From NCBI GenBank assembly GCA_964230865.1, contig CAXRJK010000128.1, forward strand, positions 1 to 44,346: a DNA stretch of 44,346 nucleotides. Direction: 5' to 3'. A program made the position numbers and the translations under genes. The stretch comes from Winogradskyella sp. GTDB lineage: Bacteria; Fidelibacterota; Marinisomatia; Marinisomatales; AB-629-J13. Of the stretch, positions 28,695 through 37,242 are shown piece by piece (the stretch's first letter is position 1; every line of letters starts with the position of its first letter). Under the pieces are notes generated by a model. That model was not told the origin of the DNA. It saw only the letters and a program-made list of their open reading frames with translations, and searched no databases.

Positions 28695-29582
28695 CTAATC
28701 ACTAAAATTATATATCAAGCCGGTCTGGTGTACTATTGGCAATACTGGATGGGTAAGCAGTGCATACCCGATTTTAATTTTTGAAACTGATAGAAAACCA
28801 CCAATCCCCAGTCGGTTGGGATTAGATTGTACACCTGCGATTAAATGTATAGAGGGACTTACATCAAAGTGAATGCTACCTTTAATTTGAATGTCTTCGC
28901 CCAATGCTCTCTCAAAAAGAAACGATGTCATGAGCCCCTTAAATGGTGTATAGGAAACTCCAGCTGAGAGCCTTTTTGGCAGGGATTGTTCTGTCCCTCC
29001 TGAACCTATGGTGGATGAAACAGCATTTTTAATCATGGCACCTACTCTGTGCTTGTCACGCAGCGACCCTATAACACCTATATCCAATCCCCACGAATTT
29101 GACATTCCCCCTGGTATCCCATCTGACCCATCTCCTGCTGTACCTGCTGAATGTCCCAAAATCCATGAAAAATGGTTAAGCGTCACCCCCAAAGCCAAAG
29201 TAGAATTCTTATCCTTTTGCAAATTAAATCCATGGGAGATACCAATCCTCTGTTCTGTAGAGAGCTCTACCTTTTCAAAAGTGACTTTTGAAATCTCTGT
29301 AGAAACACCAATTACACCCAACCCTTTAAAGCTCTGAATCCATCCCGCATGCGTATAGGGAATACCATAGAGCTCAGCAGTCCCAACATTTAAAACTTTA
29401 TCAGAGACCTCTGATAAAGTTGCGGGGTTATGAAACAAACTATGAATTCCACCGGTAGTGGGAGTCATAGTTCCAACCGATGCGCTCCCAGAAACTCCTG
29501 TATAAGTATAATCACTCACAGACTGACCTAAAATAACATTGGTCATAAATAGAAAAAATAAAATTGAAATTATATGATTCAA
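28695..29582 (-). CDS. Small PorV/FadL-like outer-membrane barrel paralogue
   Basis: Signal peptide ..VILG/QSV, then GVSGSASVGTMTPTTGGIHSLFHNPATLSE (NPA motif) and a beta-strand periodicity to the end. It is overlapped by 4 bp by the upstream LTD gene. Confidence 0.5.
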   Translation of the reverse strand: MNHIISILFFLFMTNVILGQSVSDYTYTGVSGSASVGTMTPTTGGIHSLFHNPATLSEVSDKVLNVGTAELYGIPYTHAGWIQSFKGLGVIGVSTEISKVTFEKVELSTEQRIGISHGFNLQKDKNSTLALGVTLNHFSWILGHSAGTAGDGSDGIPGGMSNSWGLDIGVIGSLRDKHRVGAMIKNAVSSTIGSGGTEQSLPKRLSAGVSYTPFKGLMTSFLFERALGEDIQIKGSIHFDVSPSIHLIAGVQSNPNRLGIGGFLSVSKIKIGYALLTHPVLPIVHQTGLIYNFSD

Positions 29583-31021
29583 TTTGATTTAACTCCTACA
29601 ACTACCGGAGCATAATCAGTGAATGTTTTTCCTGAATGAAACTGGTTCACTTCAATATGCATTAGGTAAGTACCTGGATTAACTATTTCACCCAGATGGT
29701 TTCTACCATCCCAATCTGATTTATCTTCAACTCTGATTACAGTTCCCGCATTTTCAAAATATCGATCTACCAACGTGGTAACAAATCTACCACTTAAGTC
29801 AAATACCCGAACCACTACCCGTGAATCATCGGGAAATGAATATGTAAAGTCAAGTCTTTCTCCCAGTGTTGGGATCAAAACAAAAGGCGCTGGCTTTATT
29901 TTTGCAGATATTGTCTCCGGATTGGGCTCATACACTCCCTCCTTAAGATAAACATCTGCCTCTAAAATATTATTTGCAGAAGAGATCTCAACCTGCCAGT
30001 TTCCTCTGTAATTATCAACTATACCTCTTGCCTGTATAACATATTCTGCGGGGTTGTAATAATCCACCATATATCCAATAGATGACTGTGCCACATCCCA
30101 ATCCCATATGGTAAGATCCATTCTGAATCCTTCATTATCCTCAATTGTGATCACCTGAGGCCCATTTGAAGATCGCTTATCTCCAAATTCAATAATTAAG
30201 CCCATAATGGTAACATCAAAACCAACGTCATTTTCGGGGTCTCCCTGAATAATGTCTGAGATTTTCCAGAGAGTTTTGGGATTAAACAATATTGCCCAAC
30301 TTTCCAGAAAGTTTTCACTGGTTTCATCATGTCCGGTAATTCCATTCCCTTGAACCAATATTTCATCCACCTCTGAAAAACGGCGTCTCTGATAAATTTG
30401 GTCTCCTGAAATTGAAGGTATTACAGATTGTAATGAAAGTGGGGTATCTGTGTTATAGCCCGGGATATCTGTTTTTGAAACTCCATAGGTTGTATCGCCC
30501 CATAAAAAATAGTCCACATCCTGTACTACTGATTCTCCTTCTGACCATCTGAATAAAATAAGTACTTCAGGATTCTGAAGTATTTCTATGGATGCAAGAT
30601 GATCCCCATATGAAATAGTAGTTTCACCCTCTACTGCCTGTTTCATATTTCCAAATAAGGTAAAATCAGGATATTCATCATAATAGTTGAAATACCTGGA
30701 GCTGTCATGAAAACTCAAAGTAAAACTGCTCCCTGCAGCGATGGTTGTATCTGGAAATCGTGCTATAAAATCATTGATTGAATTACTCCAAAAGTTTTCA
30801 CCTGAGGGAAGGTTGTAATAATAAGAACCTGCTGTTGGCTTGGAAGCATCTGTAATATAATAATCTCCGAGATTTATATCATCTGAAGTAGGATTATATA
30901 TTTCTACCGCTTCACCGTTTGATTCACCAGGACTTATTTTATAAAATATTAAATGATCCGGAGTTTGACAAATAGCAATCACTCCACATAAAGTTACAAT
31001 GAAAATGCTCCGGAAAATCAT
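29579..31021 (-). CDS. Secreted lamin-tail-domain (LTD) protein with an OB-fold-like module and a FlgD-Ig/T9SS-like C-terminal domain
   Basis: LTD signature LIFYKISPGESNGEAVEIYNPTSDDINLGDYYITD. OB-like segment VTIMGLIIEFGD...VITIEDNEGFRMDLTIWDWD...IQARGIVDNYRGNWQVEI. C-terminus RVVVRVFDLSGRFVTTL...WDGRNHLGEIVNPGTYLMHIEV. Confidence 0.65.
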   Translation of the reverse strand: MIFRSIFIVTLCGVIAICQTPDHLIFYKISPGESNGEAVEIYNPTSDDINLGDYYITDASKPTAGSYYYNLPSGENFWSNSINDFIARFPDTTIAAGSSFTLSFHDSSRYFNYYDEYPDFTLFGNMKQAVEGETTISYGDHLASIEILQNPEVLILFRWSEGESVVQDVDYFLWGDTTYGVSKTDIPGYNTDTPLSLQSVIPSISGDQIYQRRRFSEVDEILVQGNGITGHDETSENFLESWAILFNPKTLWKISDIIQGDPENDVGFDVTIMGLIIEFGDKRSSNGPQVITIEDNEGFRMDLTIWDWDVAQSSIGYMVDYYNPAEYVIQARGIVDNYRGNWQVEISSANNILEADVYLKEGVYEPNPETISAKIKPAPFVLIPTLGERLDFTYSFPDDSRVVVRVFDLSGRFVTTLVDRYFENAGTVIRVEDKSDWDGRNHLGEIVNPGTYLMHIEVNQFHSGKTFTDYAPVVVGVKSN

Positions 31022-31079
31022 AAGCGATCTTATAAAAACCTGTATAAGTAAAAACTAGATAGTAAAATGAGAGATTAAC

Positions 31080-34000
31080 TTACTTGATTAGAACCATCTT
31101 TCTCAGCTCAGAATAAGAACCTACCGATAGGTGATACATATATACACCACTTGAAATGTTGGTTCCTCTCTCGTCCGTTCCATTCCACTGAATCGAATGA
31201 ATACCTGGATTTACAAAATCATCAATTAAGGTAAAAACCTTTTTCCCATCTAAGCTAAAAATATGGAGTGAAGTATATGATTCCACTGGCACTCCAAATG
31301 TAATTGTTGTTGTTGAGTTAAATGGGTTGGGGAAGTTCTGATCTAAAGTAATATGATTTGGTATAGTATTAACCTTTTTAAGGTGATAGGCACTGGAAAC
31401 AGGGGAAACCACGACCTCCCCAGATCCTGATAATGAAATAGCCTTTCCAAATTCATCTATCAACTGCCACTGGTCATTTCCAAAGTTCGGATTTATGGAC
31501 CATGATAGCTTAATCTCCGAATTTGTACCCGTTACCATAATTTTATCATCTGAAATCAGGACCTTTTTATCATCTGCAAAACGAACATCAAAAAAATCTG
31601 CTCCTCCATCAGATAAATTTATAGGTGGAAGAGGTGGAAGTGAAAACATATCAAACTTGTCCTGTGAAATTTCAACCCCAAAATATAGCGGGACACCATT
31701 CATAGTCAAGAGAGAAGCATCCGACAAATAGTTTGAGTTAGATATTTTCTCTGAACTTCTATTTTCTGTTGTCAGTGTTATTTCACCAGCACTGTCGGCA
31801 TTCAGCCAGTAGCCTTTTCCTGGCTCAATATCATTTGCCGAAAAATAGGTTGACTCAAAGCCATAAAGAGTACCAGAAACTATTATGTTATCTGGGTCAA
31901 TTACATCGCCAATATTCACGGATACCGAAGGCCCAGATATCAAGTTCCACCCTTCAGAAAGGGTGACTGAGACTGATTCAATTGGTTGCCCAGCAATAAC
32001 CTGGGAACCTGTATTATCGAAATAAAGCCAGTAGCCATTTCCGGGGCTAAACACAGACTCAGAGCTATAGGTATTGCTAAACCCATACATAGTTCCATTC
32101 ACAGATTCAGTAAACACATCAGTATACAAAAAGGATTCCACATTCATAGAAACCCCAACCAGGTTCCAGCCTGACTGAAAGTCAACGTTAATGCTGGACT
32201 CTCCAGATCCTGTGGTAAAATCATTTTCATTTCGGGGATAGAGCTTAAACTCACTATAACTATATCCGATAACTCCGGTAATACTATCATAATAATCACC
32301 TACAGAGATGGTCGGCCAGTTACCATCAAAATAATAATCATCTACCATTGCTGTGCCTGTCCCGTCACTTATTGTCCAATTTCCATACTCATCAACAGAC
32401 TCAAATGTTACATTCGAATAGCTTACCAACATACTCTCATACATCTCCCCAGACTCTGAACACTCAATACCTATTTCGTCCGCAGTAACTGAAGTAGGAG
32501 ATAAATCATTTCCTGAAGATATCAAAGAAGTTGATGACACACTTATTAATTGTGTAAAGCTATAGTATTCATTTACAGTTGCAGTTATCTGTAACTCATC
32601 TCCAACCGATGGAACCACCAATGTATCATAAACAAAAATACCGCTCCAGGTTTCTGTGCTTGGGTCTTGCAAAAAGAAATTTGGATTGTCAGCTGATTTA
32701 ACATGGGTAACTATCCCAGATGTTGTAACAAGTTGACCTGCCATAGGTGTTTCATAGCAATAGTCGCCCTGCTCTGTAGTATACTGTAAATCATATATAC
32801 TTATCTCACTGGGACCTGTGTCTCCACCCATGTCTCCACTATTACGAGGATAAAGCTTAAACTCACTATAACTATATCCGATAACTCCGGTAATACTATC
32901 ATAATAATCACCTACAGAGATGGTCGGCCAGTTACCATCAAAATAATAATCATCTACCATTGCTGTGCCTGTACCATCACTTATTGTCCAATTTCCATAC
33001 TCATCAACAGACTCAAATGTTACATTCGAATAGCTTACCAACATGCTCTCATACATCTCTCCTGATTCGGAGCACTCAATCCCGATATCAATAGCTGAAA
33101 CTGGAATAGGAGAGATAGTATTTTCCGAAGAAACTACCGTAGAGGATACCACATCTATTAACTGTGTAAAACTATAAAATTCATTTACAGTTGCAGTTAT
33201 CTGTAGTTCATCGCCAACCGATGGCGAGACCGATGTGTCATAAACATAAATACCGCTCCATGTAGCTCCATTTGGATCCTGCAAAAAGAAATTTGGACTG
33301 CTGGCTGAATTAACATGAGTAACTATTCCAGATGTTGTAACAAGTTGGCCAGCCAAAGGTGTCTCATAGCAATAGGCACCTTGCTCTGTAGTGTACTGTA
33401 AATCATATATAGTTTGATCTGCCATTAAAATTAAAATAGAAACCTCATCCGTATCCATAGCGCCTTGGTCATCAAATACGGTTAATCTAAATACCATCGT
33501 TGTACTCACATCTGGCGCAGTAAAGGTAACAATTGCTTCTTCATAATCACTGAGGGTGACAGCCTCACCTGAAATCTGCTCCCACAAAAATCCTGAAATT
33601 GTACCATCAGGATCTGAACTCCCACTACCATCTAGGGTAACGACAGCTCCGTGCTCGACCATCTGATCTTCTCCAGCATTTGCGATCGGGAGCTGGTTTC
33701 CGCCCGTTGCGACAAAGTCACTTGTAAAACAAGGTAAAAGCTGATATCCTTCAGTGTAGGGTTCAGACGAATCATATTGACCAGCAACTCCTGTTACGTT
33801 TGCAGGCCACGATGGTTCATCAGTTCCATCAATCTCAGTATCGCTATCTATCCGCATGGTCGCTGTACCTGAACCTCCATCAACAATAGTTAAATTTTCA
33901 GAAGACCCCTCAGAGGGCCAAACGCCATCGATAACTGTCACACTTTGAATTGTTATCAGTTCACTTTCATAAGATTCACCATTTATTGATAAATCAGAAA

Positions 34001-35144
34001 CAGTTACCAGCTGAGCTTCTGGGAGAGCCCCCTGTCCCATAACCGCTATATCATTTTCTGAAGAAACCAGAACTTCAAATTTTCCATTGAATTCATCTGT
34101 TAATCCTGAGACCTGTATCAAATCACCGTAGCTCAAATCAACATCAAAACCAACTCCAAAAACCACAAGCCCTGCCGTATCATCCTGAATTACATATTCT
34201 GTATTCCCATTTCCCTCTTGAAAATTAATCGAGATAACAACTCCTTGGACCATTACCGCTGCCCCAACACCCATATTCCTTGCGCTTAAAATTGACATTT
34301 GATCTATGACATTTACTGACGTTACGTCTGTGGCTGAATTGCCTTCGCTATCGTAAACTGTCAACTCAAATTCTAGCGCTCCTCCCTCGCTTGGAGCAGT
34401 AAATGTCGCTTCCGCACTCTCAGAACCACTTATTGAAACAGATGTACCAGAGATCTGAGTCCATATATAAGCTATGATATCACCTGCAGATCCAGAGCCA
34501 TCAAGAGAAACCAATTCCCCTGGTAATACCAGCTGGTCATCCCCCGCATCTACAATTAAAACAGTTCCACCATAATCGTGTGAGCCTAAATAATCAAAAG
34601 TGTTTTGTGGATATACCAACCACTCTGAGTTAGATGCTGTTGTGCCAGCAGAGGAATCCCAATCTGTGTTCCCTTGAGAAACATTTGGCATTCTAACCAG
34701 CGTATGCTCTTTTGTTCCATTTGTCACGCCAGCCACATCCCAACCGCTTCCAGGGTCATCACCTGACTCCCCTATAGCATCAATCAAAATAAAGTTTCCA
34801 GACCCATCATTTTTTGCCAATCCTTGAGCATCATCACCATTATGATAGAGTGTAATAAGTAAATCTGCATGAGCTGTCATAGCTGGGTCAGCATCCTCAT
34901 GGCACACAACAAAAACATCGCCAGGTGCTAATTGTCCACTGATATCCACTGTATACTCAGGCCAATCTCCCCCATTTGAGATTTGCCAAAGCTGATATTC
35001 ACTTAAATCAATTGTTGCGTCAGTGGGGTTATAAATCTCCAGAGCTTTATTATAGCTGCTTCCTTCAATATATTCTGAAAAAAATAAATCCTGAGCTAAT
35101 AGGGTAGATAGCAATAATAGTGGAAATAAGACATAATTTTTCAT
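31080..35144 (-). CDS. Giant T9SS-sorted surface protein: ExeM/NucH-type LTD, two PKD-like domains, three OB-fold-like modules (two as a tandem duplicate), GWNL/GYW module, type-A T9SS C-terminal domain. No nuclease domain.
   Basis: Signal peptide ..TLLA/QDL. The N-terminus LFFSEYIEGSSYNKALEIYNPTDATIDLSEYQLWQISNGG...GDVFVV...HNGDDAQGL...DAIGESGDDPGSGW...TLVR is the ExeM/NucH-style LTD. PKD-like units include DAGDDQLVLPGELVSLDGSGS and ANAGEDQMVEHGAVVTLDGSGSSDPDG. The C-terminal 87 aa (31083-31343), NFPNPFNSTTTITFGVP...GVYMYHLSVG...RKMVLIK, form the sorting domain. Confidence 0.8.
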   Translation of the reverse strand: MKNYVLFPLLLLSTLLAQDLFFSEYIEGSSYNKALEIYNPTDATIDLSEYQLWQISNGGDWPEYTVDISGQLAPGDVFVVCHEDADPAMTAHADLLITLYHNGDDAQGLAKNDGSGNFILIDAIGESGDDPGSGWDVAGVTNGTKEHTLVRMPNVSQGNTDWDSSAGTTASNSEWLVYPQNTFDYLGSHDYGGTVLIVDAGDDQLVLPGELVSLDGSGSAGDIIAYIWTQISGTSVSISGSESAEATFTAPSEGGALEFELTVYDSEGNSATDVTSVNVIDQMSILSARNMGVGAAVMVQGVVISINFQEGNGNTEYVIQDDTAGLVVFGVGFDVDLSYGDLIQVSGLTDEFNGKFEVLVSSENDIAVMGQGALPEAQLVTVSDLSINGESYESELITIQSVTVIDGVWPSEGSSENLTIVDGGSGTATMRIDSDTEIDGTDEPSWPANVTGVAGQYDSSEPYTEGYQLLPCFTSDFVATGGNQLPIANAGEDQMVEHGAVVTLDGSGSSDPDGTISGFLWEQISGEAVTLSDYEEAIVTFTAPDVSTTMVFRLTVFDDQGAMDTDEVSILILMADQTIYDLQYTTEQGAYCYETPLAGQLVTTSGIVTHVNSASSPNFFLQDPNGATWSGIYVYDTSVSPSVGDELQITATVNEFYSFTQLIDVVSSTVVSSENTISPIPVSAIDIGIECSESGEMYESMLVSYSNVTFESVDEYGNWTISDGTGTAMVDDYYFDGNWPTISVGDYYDSITGVIGYSYSEFKLYPRNSGDMGGDTGPSEISIYDLQYTTEQGDYCYETPMAGQLVTTSGIVTHVKSADNPNFFLQDPSTETWSGIFVYDTLVVPSVGDELQITATVNEYYSFTQLISVSSTSLISSGNDLSPTSVTADEIGIECSESGEMYESMLVSYSNVTFESVDEYGNWTISDGTGTAMVDDYYFDGNWPTISVGDYYDSITGVIGYSYSEFKLYPRNENDFTTGSGESSINVDFQSGWNLVGVSMNVESFLYTDVFTESVNGTMYGFSNTYSSESVFSPGNGYWLYFDNTGSQVIAGQPIESVSVTLSEGWNLISGPSVSVNIGDVIDPDNIIVSGTLYGFESTYFSANDIEPGKGYWLNADSAGEITLTTENRSSEKISNSNYLSDASLLTMNGVPLYFGVEISQDKFDMFSLPPLPPINLSDGGADFFDVRFADDKKVLISDDKIMVTGTNSEIKLSWSINPNFGNDQWQLIDEFGKAISLSGSGEVVVSPVSSAYHLKKVNTIPNHITLDQNFPNPFNSTTTITFGVPVESYTSLHIFSLDGKKVFTLIDDFVNPGIHSIQWNGTDERGTNISSGVYMYHLSVGSYSELRKMVLIK
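32231..33410 (-). repeat. Intragenic tandem direct duplication: two 568-bp units with a 612-bp (204-codon) period, each encoding one OB-like module of the 1354-aa protein
   Basis: gcttaaactcactataactatatccgataactccggtaatactatcataataatcacc... occurs at 32243 and again at 32855. The first ~200 bp of each unit differ at about 3 positions. The rest is clearly diverged while staying in frame. Confidence 0.9.
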
Positions 35145-35276
35145 AATTAATAATTCCTGTTTTATATTTATAAAATCAAATGTAAATAATATAAATTAAG
35201 TTGAACTGAAGTGCTGTCGAACAATGGTTCAAAATTCCGCAATTCTTCTTCTGGAAATTAAGGAATAATATATTTA

Positions 35277-35438
35277 AAATGCAGAAAATGTGAGTGTTTT
35301 TATTCCCAACGAACCTGTCTTGATCCAGTACCCCTCCCAAGGTTTTAGGTCAGAAATTAAAACATAGGTATCGTCAAAAGTGTAAAATGTTCCTAGAGTA
35401 ATGATTCCTTCAGAATCACTAATATCCGGGTATAAATT
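35277..35438 (-). pseudogene. Relic fragment of the GWNL/GYW surface-protein module. It has no start codon and no signal peptide, and is open for 54 codons immediately after, and in frame with, the asparaginase stop.
   Basis: My translation is NLYPDISDSEGIITLGTFYTFDDTYVLISDLKPWEGYWIKTGSLGIKTLTFSAF*. Ungapped against EIVDVNSIIVSGTIYGFDGTYQNSSILEPGKGYWMNANDDGDITLSL of the 1419-aa protein, it gives about 20/47 identities, including G-T-x-Y-x-F-D-x-T-Y and P-x-x-G-Y-W. Confidence 0.45.
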
Positions 35439-36419
35439 TTATCGTTGAATTGAACCACTAATTTTACCAACCATAATTTTCCTGTAATTAAATAATTCAA
35501 CTGTTTCATAGCTGGACAACTTACTCAATTCATTGTCTTCTAATAGTCCCATTTCTTTTAAAAAAGCTATGGTTCCCGATGGGTTTGCCCTTTGACTTCC
35601 ATCAAGAACCTTCACCGCAATTCCTATGGGGTTACCATTTTTTTGTCTAATACCTACACCTCTCACTGCTTCAGCTCCTACCTTGGTCACTGCCCTTCCA
35701 GACATCACTTGCATAAAATCTGTATCAAATCGCTTACGTCCTGCAACTAAATATGGATAGCTTACCATGGCACTATATAGTCTGGATAAAATTGGATAAT
35801 TCTCTGAAGCTAACTTTTGAAACATAACCGCGATTTGATAAAGTGACATAAATGGAGTAGGAGCGCTGCATCCATCAGTGGTTAGGATAAAATCACTCTC
35901 ACCTGTAATCTCTTTTACGGTAGAGAGTATTTTCTGCTGAATCGGATGTTGAACATGAATATAATCTTTAAGGTCATGTCCTAATCGTTTTGCTGTAGCT
36001 AACATTCCAGCATGCTTCCCGCTGCAGTTATTATGTAATGGAGATAGTTTTACTTTTTCCTTTAATAAAGACTGTCTTGTATTTTTATCATAAGGAGGGT
36101 GCGACCCACATTGATAATATGAAGAATCTATTCCTATTTTTTTTAACATCCTGGAAACGGTAGATGTGTGAATCTCTTCTCCATTATGAGAGGCACACAT
36201 AACCGCTAATTCTTCTTCATCAAAACCAAATTCATCCGCAGCTCCTGATTCAACACATACAGAGGCCTGAAAAGGTTTTAAAGAGGAGCGAATACAAGTT
36301 TTGTACTGAGGGTCTCCTGACGAGAGGAGAATATCTCCATTAGAATCCACCGCTACAGCGTAAACTTGGTGTACACTCTCAACTTCGCTACCCCTGTAAA
36401 CATTACAAAAAATATCCAA
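35439..36419 (-). CDS. L-asparaginase II family protein (Rhizobium-type asparaginase)
   Basis: VYRGSEVESVHQVYAVAVDSNGD...IRSSLKPFQA...MCASHNGEEIH...QCGSHPP...NNCSGKHAGMLA...TDGCSAPT are the conserved blocks of the Asparaginase_II family. TTG start and no signal peptide. Confidence 0.85.
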   Translation of the reverse strand: MDIFCNVYRGSEVESVHQVYAVAVDSNGDILLSSGDPQYKTCIRSSLKPFQASVCVESGAADEFGFDEEELAVMCASHNGEEIHTSTVSRMLKKIGIDSSYYQCGSHPPYDKNTRQSLLKEKVKLSPLHNNCSGKHAGMLATAKRLGHDLKDYIHVQHPIQQKILSTVKEITGESDFILTTDGCSAPTPFMSLYQIAVMFQKLASENYPILSRLYSAMVSYPYLVAGRKRFDTDFMQVMSGRAVTKVGAEAVRGVGIRQKNGNPIGIAVKVLDGSQRANPSGTIAFLKEMGLLEDNELSKLSSYETVELFNYRKIMVGKISGSIQR

Positions 36420-36435
36420 AAATATACCTCAGTTT

Positions 36436-37242
36436 CTATTTATCTAACACTTCAGAAACTAAGCAGAAGTGATAACCATTTTTCAATAGTTCAGGAATTT
36501 TTTTTTCTAAAACTTCAAGAGTTAGTTCCTTCGCATGACCAATTCCAATTGCAAACCCCTGAGCTTTAGCCAGAGCTGCTATTTTCTTCAACTGATTTTC
36601 TATATAATTTCTCTCCTCTTTATTATCTAAAAATATATTTCGATGTCCAGTTTTTACCTGATTTTTTTTTATTGTCTCTTCTGCTTTTGTATGGGGACTT
36701 GTTCTGGAATCCAGAAAATACAAGTTCTCCCTTTTTAAAATACCTCCAACAATATTCATCATCCAATTGATCTCAGTTGCTTTTGATCCTTGATGGTTGT
36801 TCATACCCACTGCCTCAGGAATCTCATGAAAAGCTGCTAATATCGCATTTTCAATCTCAAAACTATTCATAGATGATGTAAGTATAAGGGGCTCTACTCT
36901 CTCTGGCTTTTCATGAGATTCCATAGGCATGTGTATTAAAATCTCAAAGCCTTTCGAATGGGCCTCCCTTGCAAAATCACTGCTATAATTATGTCCGGGT
37001 ATAACCGCATAACTCATGGGAACTTCCAACGATAAAAACCCATCTACTATGTGGTCATTTCTATATCCAAAATCATCAATTACAATTGCAATACAGGGTT
37101 TATTTATTGAAACTGATGTGGAGCTTTGTCCCTTTTCAGTCCACCAAAATAAAATCCAACCAAAAATTATTATTAAGACCAAACCACCTAAAGCATTGTA
37201 AAAGATCCGTTCACGGAACAAACGGTTATTTACAAAACTCAT
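36436..37242 (-). CDS. Divergent polysaccharide deacetylase (YibQ family), membrane anchored
   Basis: N-terminal TM helix followed by IAIVIDDFGY...AVIPGHNYS...EILIHMPME...GMNNHQGSKAT...FLDSRTS, the YibQ-type blocks. Confidence 0.8.
   Translation of the reverse strand: MSFVNNRLFRERIFYNALGGLVLIIIFGWILFWWTEKGQSSTSVSINKPCIAIVIDDFGYRNDHIVDGFLSLEVPMSYAVIPGHNYSSDFAREAHSKGFEILIHMPMESHEKPERVEPLILTSSMNSFEIENAILAAFHEIPEAVGMNNHQGSKATEINWMMNIVGGILKRENLYFLDSRTSPHTKAEETIKKNQVKTGHRNIFLDNKEERNYIENQLKKIAALAKAQGFAIGIGHAKELTLEVLEKKIPELLKNGYHFCLVSEVLDK

Noticed and set aside
31022-31079. Weak inverted repeat cttata-N8-tataag after the 1354-aa gene as a terminator
   Set aside because: The stem is only 6 bp and all A/T, so it is indistinguishable from chance in this composition.
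32231-33410. Possibility that the direct repeats are a CRISPR array or a mobile-element terminal repeat
   Set aside because: There are only two units of 568 bp. They are in frame inside an intact 1354-aa ORF and encode homologous protein modules. There is no spacer-repeat structure and no cas or transposase genes anywhere in the window.
35277-36419. Programmed stop-codon readthrough extending asparaginase II into the GYW-like fragment
   Set aside because: The asparaginase is leaderless and ends at a normal family length. The downstream fragment derives from an extracellular module and stops after 54 codons. A deletion scar is more parsimonious. I kept it as a check under the relic finding.
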